A stretch of DNA of 27,867 bases from assembly GCA_030666885.1 (NCBI GenBank), contig DAOUWY010000001.1:1-27867 (forward strand), read 5' to 3'. Both the position numbers and the translations under genes were made by a program. Each line of letters starts with the position of its first letter. Position 1 is the first letter of the stretch. Of this stretch, positions 1-10,849 are shown piece by piece. Under the pieces are notes generated by a model. That model saw nothing but the letters and a program-made list of their open reading frames with translations. It was not told where the DNA came from and did no database searches. The stretch is from Methanosarcinales archaeon. Its GTDB lineage: Archaea > Halobacteriota > Methanosarcinia > Methanosarcinales > Methanocomedenaceae.

Positions 1-1
1 A

Positions 2-652
2 GGTGGTCTTGATGTCAAAGAGCACCTTGAGGAACTCGGTGTAAAGGAAGGAGTCGAACTCAATGTAGTAGCAACCGAGCCAGTACATGTACACTGGGGA
101 CCCATTTCCCTGGCAGTGGGAGATCAAGAGATCGTCATAGCCCGCGGATGGGCTGATAAGATCTATGTGGAGAAAGAGGGATCGATGTTTCCACTGCTAA
201 AAATGGAGGAAGGAGATAGAGGTACCGTCAGATCGATTGAGGGTGGAAAGGATTTCGAAGGTTTTCTTTCCGAATACGGCATCATGGAAGGGAGCGAACT
301 GACATTCCTGCGACATGTCCCGGACCGCACCATGGTGTTTACAGTCGGGGGTGCGGAGATGAGAATGGGTGAGGGCCAGGCATCGAAGGTGTTTGTGACC
401 AGAGAGGGAAAATCCATCCAGGTCAACTACCTGGGAGAGGGTGAAAAGGCAGTGGTGGAAAAGATCGTTGGTGGGATCCATCTTAAAGAAAAGTTTGAGC
501 AACTCGGCCTCAAAGAGGGTGCCGAGATCACCCTGCTCAGAAAAGAAACGCCTGCGCCGACCCCAAAAAGAGGCACATACATACTTACAAAGGTGAATGA
601 GCAGTTGATCACCATCGGTCACGGTCTGGCTGAAAAGGTGTTTGTCGACTAG
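2..652 (+). CDS. feoA: Multi-FeoA-domain protein (5' partial; at least three SH3-like FeoA repeats)
   Basis: Frame is open from base 2 (GGLDVKEHLEELGVKEG...), upstream of the tracked GTG at 116. Repeated FeoA pattern: LEELGVKEGVEL..IVIARGWADKIYV; LSEYGIMEGSEL..MRMGEGQASKVFV; FEQLGLKEGAEI..ITIGHGLAEKVFVD. Next to a feo operon. Confidence 0.85.
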   Translation, partial: GGLDVKEHLEELGVKEGVELNVVATEPVHVHWGPISLAVGDQEIVIARGWADKIYVEKEGSMFPLLKMEEGDRGTVRSIEGGKDFEGFLSEYGIMEGSELTFLRHVPDRTMVFTVGGAEMRMGEGQASKVFVTREGKSIQVNYLGEGEKAVVEKIVGGIHLKEKFEQLGLKEGAEITLLRKETPAPTPKRGTYILTKVNEQLITIGHGLAEKVFVD

Positions 653-660
653 ATAAATAC

Positions 661-683
661 GAGCCCGATGATGAATCGGGTTC
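661..683. repeat. Intergenic inverted repeat / hairpin
   Basis: GAGCCCGAT-gatga-ATCGGGTTC: 9-bp stem with one G-T pair, between the feoA stop and the DUF2325 RBS. Confidence 0.6.
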
Positions 684-704
684 AAATATCATTGGAGGTA
701 TACA

Positions 705-1862
705 TTGTCAGAAAGAAAGATATGGGAATTCAGGAATCAAACAGTATGCGCAATCCTCGGATTAACTTTCGATGAAAAGGAATTGTCTGAGATCTTCAAA
801 AAATTGAAACTAAATCCTGACAGGATCGCGGCTTTTGAGATGCATGGCAGCCTTGTTAAGGCATGTGGAACCCAGAACAAAACATCCAGACAACTGGATA
901 AGATACTGAAAAATCGATTTGAAGAATACAGTGAAGATATCAAGCGCATATCCCAAAAGGAAATTTATCGATATATCGGGGATAGAAACGCTGCGGGTAC
1001 CCCAAACGGTATGGATATCCCTCTTCCTGCTCTTATCTGGTTTGCTGTGCGTAATCAGCACGAAGACATCGACAAGATCGAAGCAAGGGTTTATGGTGTC
1101 ACACACATGTACGGGCATCTGGCTTTGCGATTCTATGATGCGCTGCACAGAGCACTGCCTGATAGCAGACCGGAAGATGTTGTGAAAGAACTGAATGATG
1201 CCCTGAGATCAAACGAAAAACTCCAGACAAAGTCTAAAAGATTAGAATGGAAAGTAGAGCAATTGAAATCTGCTATCGAATCTGTTAAAGAAGATCGATC
1301 AGGAATTAATACTGTGATGGAAGAGCAGAAACAGTTGAACAGGCGATTAGTAAGCAATCTTGAGAAGTTTGGTGGTGAGGACGCGCTCGGTCAGATCGAG
1401 GATATGAAGAAGGAGATCGATCTTTTGACCAAAGAGGTAGGGACATTGACCAGTGAACTGCTGGAACGGGATCGAATATGTGATATGATGTCCAGTGAAT
1501 TGAGACCGATTGAACAGGTTTCAGAATCGTGTACTGAAGATATTGGGAAGAGTGTTGATCTGAATGGCATGAAAGTAGCTTATGTTGGCGGAGTGGAATC
1601 GCTCACGCCGCACTATAAGGAAGCGATCGAATCCTTTGGTGGCACATTCTGCTACCACTGCGGGCGGTGCATACATGGAAAAAAGGAGATAGAAAACCTT
1701 GTGGATAGAACAGATATAATATTCTGTCCTATGGATATAAACAATCGTGCTGTAAATAGATACGTCAAAAAAGCATGTAAAACCAGAAATAAAACATGCC
1801 GTTTTCTTCGCAGTTCGGGTCTCAGCATGCTCATCAGGGAACTGGAGGATCATGCCGGATAA
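705..1862 (+). CDS. DUF2325 domain-containing protein (long form with central coiled coil)
   Basis: TTG start after GGAGG. N-terminal RKIWE..CAILGLTF..EL..MH motif, heptad-rich middle region, C-terminal DUF2325-like domain (KVAYVGG..Y..IESFGG..H..G..I..LV...DIIFCP..KKACK...K.C.FLRSSG). Confidence 0.75.
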   Translation: MSERKIWEFRNQTVCAILGLTFDEKELSEIFKKLKLNPDRIAAFEMHGSLVKACGTQNKTSRQLDKILKNRFEEYSEDIKRISQKEIYRYIGDRNAAGTPNGMDIPLPALIWFAVRNQHEDIDKIEARVYGVTHMYGHLALRFYDALHRALPDSRPEDVVKELNDALRSNEKLQTKSKRLEWKVEQLKSAIESVKEDRSGINTVMEEQKQLNRRLVSNLEKFGGEDALGQIEDMKKEIDLLTKEVGTLTSELLERDRICDMMSSELRPIEQVSESCTEDIGKSVDLNGMKVAYVGGVESLTPHYKEAIESFGGTFCYHCGRCIHGKKEIENLVDRTDIIFCPMDINNRAVNRYVKKACKTRNKTCRFLRSSGLSMLIRELEDHAG

Positions 1863-1908
1863 TATAATTATTATAACCATCAACAGGAATATCTGAAAAC
1901 CCTTGAAC

Positions 1909-2367
1909 TTACTTCGATCTGTGGGTCTTTTCCTCACATGGATGCTTTCCAGTCATGCAGAATTTTTCAAAATGCTCAAGCCATTGAGGATATTCTGGTG
2001 CGGATTTTACAAAAATAACCAGGTTTTTAACCTGTTTTGTCGTTATTGCATTCAGTTCATGTTCCATTGTACATGCATCTTTCTCTGCAATTTTTTCAGG
2101 CACCTTTATAATCTCCAGAAAAGCCTTCAGGGTATCGTGCCGGTCCTTTATGATTAAAGCGATCTCTCTTCCTTTTTCAGTCAGTGTCAGGCCATCATAT
2201 TTCCTGTATACAACAAAACTCATTTTATCAAGTTTCCTGGCCATTTCAACAACACTTGGTGGCTTAACGTCCAGGGCAACAGCTATGTCCTTTATTCTGG
2301 CATATCCCTTATCTTCTGTGACATTGAGGATTGCTTCGAGATAGTCTTCAGCTTTTCGCGTTAGCAT
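1909..2367 (-). CDS. DtxR/IdeR/MntR-family metal-dependent transcriptional regulator (short form, no SH3 domain)
   Basis: EDYLEAI, ARIKDIAVALDVKPPSVVEM helix-turn-helix, LTLTEKG, RHDTL and DACTMEH metal-site motifs. Confidence 0.93.
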   Translation of the reverse strand: MLTRKAEDYLEAILNVTEDKGYARIKDIAVALDVKPPSVVEMARKLDKMSFVVYRKYDGLTLTEKGREIALIIKDRHDTLKAFLEIIKVPEKIAEKDACTMEHELNAITTKQVKNLVIFVKSAPEYPQWLEHFEKFCMTGKHPCEEKTHRSK

Positions 2368-2428
2368 ATTTACACTTGTACCTATGTAACCGATGGCTTT
2401 TAATGTTTCTATGTGAAAAATTCAGGAG

Positions 2429-2698
2429 TTATAGGTCATTACAGGAAAGGAACTGTTCCCCCTTCATTGTCAACGCATACATCTTTGTTTGCGAACAACC
2501 TTGCGAACCGCAGTGGTTTTCGCACAGGTTGGAAGCCTGGCAGGAACACCGCAGACCTGCTATTTCCAGATATCCCGCACTTGCCAGGAAATCGATCATC
2601 GCCAGGAGAGTGGACATATTCATATCCAGCTCTCTGGCGAGTGCGTCGGTGGTACCTCCTTTAACAGTTCCTGACAGGACCTTCTTCATAACGGTCAT
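2429..2698 (-). CDS. FeoC-like small winged-helix protein with Cys-rich wing (putative Fe-S)
   Basis: T.DALARELDMNMSTLLAMIDFLASAGYL wHTH followed by CSCQASNLCENHCGSQGC; last gene of the feo run. Confidence 0.65.
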   Translation of the reverse strand: MTVMKKVLSGTVKGGTTDALARELDMNMSTLLAMIDFLASAGYLEIAGLRCSCQASNLCENHCGSQGCSQTKMYALTMKGEQFLSCNDL

Positions 2699-2710
2699 AC
2701 TATTCCCACC

Positions 2711-3169
2711 TTAGATCTCCTGTTTTCTTTTACGGATGTAATATACCACAACAAGCGAGAACGGCAGCAAGAGCACAGCTGGCGCATAAGGCGGTGCGTA
2801 CGCCGCAATGAAGTCCGAAAGCGTGTTGAACCAAGGTCCTGTCTCTTCTTCCCAGCTAGGTATCGATTCAGTGATCATCGCAAAGATGTCACACCCTGCC
2901 ATGATCCAGATCAGGATGCTGCCCATCACAATTTTTGAAAACTGATGGATCTCATTAAAGTTCCTGATGCCTGAAAGGTAGAAGAGTCCTGCAAAGAGTA
3001 CAATAACTCCGCCCCAGCCACCTCTGAATAGGTCACCCGGTATCTCAAGAATCCCGTACGCAAATTCACTCGCCCCTGCTGTTACCAGTATGTCAGCGAT
3101 CCCGAAAGCCGTTGTTACGATTCCAAGTATGGCAAAATAGATTGCTGCAACTGATGATTTCCCAGCCAT
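2711..3169 (-). CDS. Hypothetical membrane protein (about 4 TM) in the feo operon
   Basis: Four hydrophobic stretches and a basic C-terminal tail (RKRK). ATG directly follows the feoB TAG, with an RBS-like GGGGGTGG upstream. Confidence 0.75.
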   Translation of the reverse strand: MAGKSSVAAIYFAILGIVTTAFGIADILVTAGASEFAYGILEIPGDLFRGGWGGVIVLFAGLFYLSGIRNFNEIHQFSKIVMGSILIWIMAGCDIFAMITESIPSWEEETGPWFNTLSDFIAAYAPPYAPAVLLLPFSLVVVYYIRKRKQEI

Positions 3170-4405
3170 CTATGCCACCCCCAGGAGTATTCCTATCAGG
3201 TGTATCAGTCCACCATAAGCGAATACGACCACTGCAAGAACAGCCATAGCTCCAAGCAGTTCTTTCCAGCCTTCTTTCAGCATCATCGCAAACGTTGCAA
3301 CGCACGGGAAGTAGATCGAGACGAGCACCACTGCTGTGATCATCTGATACTCGGTCATTTCGATTACAGAAAGTTGCGCAACCGCAAGGTCTTTTCTGAG
3401 GAATGCAGCGATGAGCGGACCTGCAGTCTCTTTTGGCACGCCGAACCAGCCGACAAAGACCGGAGCGAGCGCGTCACCCAGGAACCGGATGACTCCAATC
3501 TGGTAGAGAACGCCCACTATGGCAGCGCCGAGCAGTACGAAGGGGATTGCAACCTTGAAAAAACCTGCGATCCTTCCCCACACCTTCTTTGCAATATTAC
3601 TCAGCATCGGTCTCCGGTACGGCGGCACATCGATCAGAAACTCAGGAGCTTTTCCGGGAACGATCTTGTTTAAGATGTAACCGAAGATGAAGTACCCGAT
3701 AATCAGATAGAGCAAAATCCATCCCATAAGACCCGGGATTACATCCTGCATAATCCCGATCTGGGCGCCGCATGGGATGAATATGGCAAGGAGCGTCATC
3801 ATGATGAAACGCTGCTTCTTTGTCTCAAGTATTCTTGTCGCAGTAACACCTGGCACATTGCAACCGAGCGAGAGGATCGTTGGCACGATCGCATACCCGT
3901 GCAGACCGATCTTGTGCAGCATAGTATCGATGAGGACAGCAAGCCGCGGCATGTACCCGATATCCTCGAGTAGTGCAAGCATCAGGTAGAATATGACTAT
4001 CGCAGGTAGAACAACACCGATTGCAACGAATAAGCCCGATGTCAGCACACCGAACGATTCCAGGCAGTTATCAGAAAGCACGAACTCACCGCCTTCAATG
4101 CCCCCGGCATCGACCATGATGGTATATAGCCATCCACCCTGCCCCGGGAATACTTCCTGGAGCCATGGCAGCCAGTACGCATCAAATAGTCTGACAAAGA
4201 ATCCATCCGTGAAAAATCCTGCAAACGAACCGAATATGCTCCAGAAAGCATACATGACTGCAATCGCAATGGGTATGCCTGTGAGCGGCTTGACCGTGAA
4301 TTCACCGATCGCATCCTTTAGGGTATGCCTGTATTCTCCAAATGTTATGGTTTGTTTTGCGATCTTATCGATAAGATCCCAGCGCTGGTCAATAGTCAGT
4401 TTCAT
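3170..4405 (-). CDS. feoB: Ferrous iron transporter FeoB, stand-alone membrane (Gate) domain
   Basis: LEDIGYMPRLAVLID..LHKIGLHG, LSLGCNVPG..ATRIL, IPCGAQ, IDVPPYR.P, FLRKD, YFPCVAT: the FeoB gate/core motifs. ATGA overlap with the upstream GTPase gene. Confidence 0.92.
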   Translation of the reverse strand: MKLTIDQRWDLIDKIAKQTITFGEYRHTLKDAIGEFTVKPLTGIPIAIAVMYAFWSIFGSFAGFFTDGFFVRLFDAYWLPWLQEVFPGQGGWLYTIMVDAGGIEGGEFVLSDNCLESFGVLTSGLFVAIGVVLPAIVIFYLMLALLEDIGYMPRLAVLIDTMLHKIGLHGYAIVPTILSLGCNVPGVTATRILETKKQRFIMMTLLAIFIPCGAQIGIMQDVIPGLMGWILLYLIIGYFIFGYILNKIVPGKAPEFLIDVPPYRRPMLSNIAKKVWGRIAGFFKVAIPFVLLGAAIVGVLYQIGVIRFLGDALAPVFVGWFGVPKETAGPLIAAFLRKDLAVAQLSVIEMTEYQMITAVVLVSIYFPCVATFAMMLKEGWKELLGAMAVLAVVVFAYGGLIHLIGILLGVA

Positions 4406-4929
4406 GTCAGGCCTCCCGCATTCCTGATAATGTCGTCGATTTCAACAGGTCTAGCCTCTTTCAGCCTTGATGTGAGTTCCTTTATCCCTTCGCCGCTGAT
4501 CGCAACAGTCGGAACCACCGCAACGCCAAGAATCCGTTGCAGGTTATTGATATCGATTTGGATATTCTTATCAACTGCTGCATCCCACATATTGAGTGCG
4601 ATCACAATCGGATATCCTTCCTCAAGTATTTCCAGTGCCAGATAGACCCCGCGTTCTATTTTGGATGCATCGATAACGCAAATCACCTTCACATCCTTAT
4701 TTTCGTATAGTATTGCCACAGCGACTTCCTCTGCTTTGTCCTTCGGATCAAGAGAGAACGTACCCGGCACATCTATCAGCTCAACGTCCTCACCATCAAT
4801 CTTCATATATCCTTTTGTAAAATCAACCGTGGTCCCGGGGTAGTTTGATTCGGTGACATTCGCCCCTGTCAAACGATTGAAGAATACGCTTTTGCCCACA
4901 TTGGGGTGTCCCATCAGCAAGACTTTCAC
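4402..4929 (-). CDS. feoB: FeoB small GTPase domain encoded as a separate gene
   Basis: G1 GHPNVGKS, G2 NYPGTTVD, G3 DVPG, G4 NMWD, G5-region TVAISGEGI. GTG start overlaps the feoA stop (GTGA). Confidence 0.93.
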   Translation of the reverse strand: MKVLLMGHPNVGKSVFFNRLTGANVTESNYPGTTVDFTKGYMKIDGEDVELIDVPGTFSLDPKDKAEEVAVAILYENKDVKVICVIDASKIERGVYLALEILEEGYPIVIALNMWDAAVDKNIQIDINNLQRILGVAVVPTVAISGEGIKELTSRLKEARPVEIDDIIRNAGGLT

Positions 4930-5162
4930 GATTTCATCTCCACAATGATCTTTTCTGCTATATTCAGTCCAAGGGAGGTATTTGCCTCATCGACAACCAC
5001 AACCACCGGACCCTTAACCGGCTGTTTTGTGATCATCTTCAGCCTCTTACCAACCCTGATGCCCATTCCAGCTACTTTTTTTCGTAGTGTTCCTTCAATG
5101 TCTGTTACGGTTCCTTCTTCTTCGTATTCCATCTCAGATAATTTCTTTTCCATTATTGTCAC
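4926..5162 (-). CDS. feoA: FeoA family protein
   Basis: GMGIRVGKRLKM...GPVVVVVDEANTSLGLNIAEKIIVE; alternative ATG start at 5153. Confidence 0.9.
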   Translation of the reverse strand: MTIMEKKLSEMEYEEEGTVTDIEGTLRKKVAGMGIRVGKRLKMITKQPVKGPVVVVVDEANTSLGLNIAEKIIVEMKS

Positions 5163-5389
5163 ACTCTGGTAACCCTGATCTTTTGTGCCATCCCGCGCCC
5201 GATCGAAAGGACATTTCGATCGACTTCGATGGTGACCGGACCGTTGGTGGATATCACACGCACGATGCTGCCCTCTGAGATTCCTCTAAGGTTCAGTTTC
5301 TGTCTGATCCCGTGACCTCCACCAATATCCATAATTCTGGCGGGTTCCCCTGTTTTCATCTGTGAAAGATTTGTATCGTTTAAACGCAT
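5159..5389 (-). CDS. feoA: FeoA family protein
   Basis: LSQMKTGE.ARI..I.GG..IRQKLNLRGISEG...GPVTIEVDRNVLSIGRGMAQKIRV. Confidence 0.92.
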   Translation of the reverse strand: MRLNDTNLSQMKTGEPARIMDIGGGHGIRQKLNLRGISEGSIVRVISTNGPVTIEVDRNVLSIGRGMAQKIRVTRV

Positions 5390-5565
5390 CCTGTTACACC
5401 TTTTAAAGTTGTCTTATGGTTGTGATCTGTGTCATTTTTATAAGAATATATTATATTTTTGTGAAAATGTTCGTATCGGGTCATTGTTTGCAGACCCGTT
5501 CATATTGCTTTTTCAGGCGATCCATTCTACCAATCATAATCATCATGTACGTACACATCCGCATA

Positions 5566-5581
5566 TTTAGGTGCTCCTAAA
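5566..5581. promoter_or_regulatory. Putative DtxR-family operator palindrome TTTAGG-tgct-CCTAAA
   Basis: Perfect 6-bp inverted repeat with TTAGG/CCTAA half-sites, upstream of the feo operon. More half-sites at 5590-5602, 5621-5625 and 5640-5644. A DtxR-family gene is in the same locus. Confidence 0.6.
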
Positions 5582-5847
5582 GTATGGTGTTAGGTATGCT
5601 AATACCCAGCCCTACAAATGTTAGGTAATTGGCAAAAATCCTAATGTAGTCAAGCCGGAAAGTACAATATTGATATAAGGAAAAGGAGTATCTTAGTTTG
5701 CAAGCGGTAAAGTCGATGCACAAAAATAGTGGATAATTTAGATTTTTCACTGTTTAAAAACTGTTATGAAAAACCCCATAATCAAAAATGATAAGTACAC
5801 CTTCGGCAATCATTTACTTATCCGAGGCAGTTATAGGGACAGAGAAC

Positions 5848-7032
5848 ATGAAAAAGGAAAAGAAGTTTAGCACTCAATGTGTTCATGCCGGAGAAGCACC
5901 AGATCTTTTATATGGAGTGCATACAACGCCTATATACCAAACATCCACCTTTATATTTGATAATGCCCAGCAAGGTGCTGCAAGGTTTGCCGGCGAAGAA
6001 GAGGGGTACATATATGCCCGTGTACCGCCAAACACGCCTACACATGTAGTTTTTGTAAAAAAAATTGCTGCACTTGAAGGCGGTGAAACGGGTCAAACCT
6101 TCTCATCAGGCATGGCTGCAATAACTGCTGTTGCTCTTTCCCAGCTTGAACAGGGAGACCACCTTTTATCAACAAATGTAGTCTACGGTGGTACATATGG
6201 ATTATTCTCCTCAATTCTAACCAGGTTTGGCATTGAAGTCAGTTTTGTTGATACGTCTGATCTTGAAAAAGTGAAGAAAAACTTAAGGAAAAATACAAAG
6301 CTCATCTTTTTAGAAACACCGGCTAATCCTACAATGATCGTTAGTGATATTGAAGAGATATGTAAAATGGCCAGGGATATTGGTGTTCTGTCTGTCGTTG
6401 ACAACACATTTGCAACTCCTCGCTTCCAAAGACCATTACAATTGGGTGCGGATGTTGTTGTTCATAGTTGTACAAAATATATTGGTGGCCATGCTGATCT
6501 TTTAGGTGGCGTTGTTGTCGGAAAAAAAGATTTTATTAAAAGTGTGACATCTGTTGTTAATTGTACCGGAGGAATAATGGGTCCGCATGAAGCTTGGTTG
6601 TGCATTAGAGGATTGAAGACACTACATCTTAGAATGGAAAGACACGCCAGCAATGCTATTAAAGTGGCAGGATTTTTAGAGGCACATCCCAAAATTGAGT
6701 GGGTCAGGTATCCCGGATTACAAAGTCATCCACAATATGATATCGCAAAAAAGCAGATGACTGGTTTTAGCGGTATGATCTCTTTTGGAATTAAGGGGGG
6801 AATAGAAGCTGGACGCAAACTTATGAACGGCGTTGAATTATGTTCTCTGGCAGTTAGTCTCGGTGCAGTTGATACCCTGATACAGCATCCTGCTTCCATG
6901 ACTCACGCGAATGTACCTGTTGAGGTAAAAACGATGACAGGAATAACTGATGATTTGGTGAGAATTTCAGTAGGTGTGGAAGAAGCAGAAGACATCATTT
7001 CAGATCTTGATCAGGCTTTGGCAAATATTTGA
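5848..7032 (+). CDS. PLP-dependent Cys/Met metabolism enzyme, methionine gamma-lyase-like (trans-sulfuration family)
   Basis: FSTQCVHAG, TPIYQTSTF, GAARFAGEEEGYIYAR, FSSGMAAI, ETPANPT, VDNTFATP, HSCTKYIGGH (PLP lysine), AVSLGAVDTLIQHPASMTH. ATG at 5848 fits the family N-terminus better than the track start at 5788. Confidence 0.88.
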   Translation: MKKEKKFSTQCVHAGEAPDLLYGVHTTPIYQTSTFIFDNAQQGAARFAGEEEGYIYARVPPNTPTHVVFVKKIAALEGGETGQTFSSGMAAITAVALSQLEQGDHLLSTNVVYGGTYGLFSSILTRFGIEVSFVDTSDLEKVKKNLRKNTKLIFLETPANPTMIVSDIEEICKMARDIGVLSVVDNTFATPRFQRPLQLGADVVVHSCTKYIGGHADLLGGVVVGKKDFIKSVTSVVNCTGGIMGPHEAWLCIRGLKTLHLRMERHASNAIKVAGFLEAHPKIEWVRYPGLQSHPQYDIAKKQMTGFSGMISFGIKGGIEAGRKLMNGVELCSLAVSLGAVDTLIQHPASMTHANVPVEVKTMTGITDDLVRISVGVEEAEDIISDLDQALANI

Positions 7033-7437
7033 ACAATACGATGGCAGGAGAATTATAAATTGAAATTGGACTTGTGTATGATCTCTTCAGTTTTACTTTA
7101 AGCTCGTTGTAGAAGGGCATGAACTGGTCCAATTTCTCAACAGATGCTTGTTCAAAGGCAATAATCAAGATATTTTATCCAATTACATTACAATTAATAT
7201 TATTCAGTTCCGATGATGAGACTAATATGGGAATAACTTGTATAATCAGACACTTTGATGTTGACGCGACACATTCCATGAATATTATTAAAACTAAATC
7301 AGTATGTTGCGCCCAGTCGGGTTTATACAGTAAAGTTAAAATATTTAAAAATTAGGCTTTTTCGATAATATCCAGTAGATCAAAGGATCAATACCATAAT
7401 TTTGTATGATAGAAATTTCAATTACTATTATATTTTT

Positions 7438-7444
7438 AAAAAAA
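7438..7444 (-). terminator. Oligo-T tract downstream of 5S rRNA (possible archaeal terminator)
   Basis: T7 run on the minus strand about 20 nt after the 5S 3' end. Confidence 0.4.
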
Positions 7445-7462
7445 TATTAAAATGAAGATAAG

Positions 7463-7592
7463 GTGAGCATAGCAGCGATCCAGAGTTCCCAAGGGCTCTC
7501 GCACCTCAGTACAGTAAGGAACGTGGGAAGGCTTATCTGCTGTGTTCGGGATGGGTACAGGAATTTCCCCTCCGCTATGGCCGCTACACTCA
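7463..7592 (-). rRNA. rrf: 5S rRNA
   Basis: GAGTGTAGCGGCCATAGCGG...CCTGTACCCATCCCGAACACAG...GGGAACTCTGGATCGCTGCTATGCTC; termini pair as helix I. Ends approximate. Confidence 0.95.
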
Positions 7593-7600
7593 CATGAATA

Positions 7601-7629
7601 CGAAGTACAAACTGAATATCGCCTGAAAT
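7601..7629 (-). other. Pre-23S processing stem, 3' arm (BHB)
   Basis: RNA AUUUCA-GGCG-AUA-UUCAGUUUGUACUUCG pairs with 10620-10648, giving a 4-bp helix CGCU/GGCG flanked by 3-nt bulges UAC and AUA. Confidence 0.85.
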
Positions 7630-7647
7630 GAGTCCCGAAGGACTCAC
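7628..7647 (-). other. UUCG-tetraloop hairpin in the 23S 3' spacer
   Basis: RNA UGAGUCC-UUCG-GGACUCA, between the 23S 3' end and the processing-stem arm. Confidence 0.75.
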
Positions 7648-7677
7648 ATTCTGTAGCAATCCTACTTTATAGATCAG

Positions 7678-10600
<2,923 letters not shown>

Positions 10601-10619
10601 CCAGAATCCGCTTTACTAT

Positions 10620-10648
10620 ATTTCAGTAAGCGTCCAGTTTGCACTTCG
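10620..10648 (-). other. Pre-23S processing stem, 5' arm (BHB)
   Basis: RNA CGAAGUGCAAACUGGA-CGCU-UAC-UGAAAU, complementary to 7601-7629. Confidence 0.85.
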
Positions 10649-10849
10649 CTTATACACGGCATCATACAGCTTGATCACAGGTCTTGTGATCCGCCTTCAA
10701 CCCTTCCTTAAGGTTATTACAACCCTAAGTGCATTGGTTTATGAATATTATTTGTCAGCCATCCTTCCATATCACGAGGATTGTTCCACATATGAAGCCC
10801 TAAAACTTTTATTACGTGTATTTCTCGCTATTGTCCAGATTAGCTGCCA

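Noticed and set aside
2711-4405. Pyrrolysine read-through fusing FeoB-TM to the downstream membrane protein (in-frame TAG-ATG)
   Set aside because: The downstream gene has its own RBS-like sequence and ATG, FeoB ends at a normal family C-terminus, and TAG is an ordinary stop for other genes here (652, 20572). No pyl genes in the window.
7040-7430. ORF 7119-7355 (+) and a short minus-strand frame ending ...EEIIHKSNFNL
   Set aside because: AT-rich, no RBS or recognisable motif; at most an unidentifiable remnant.
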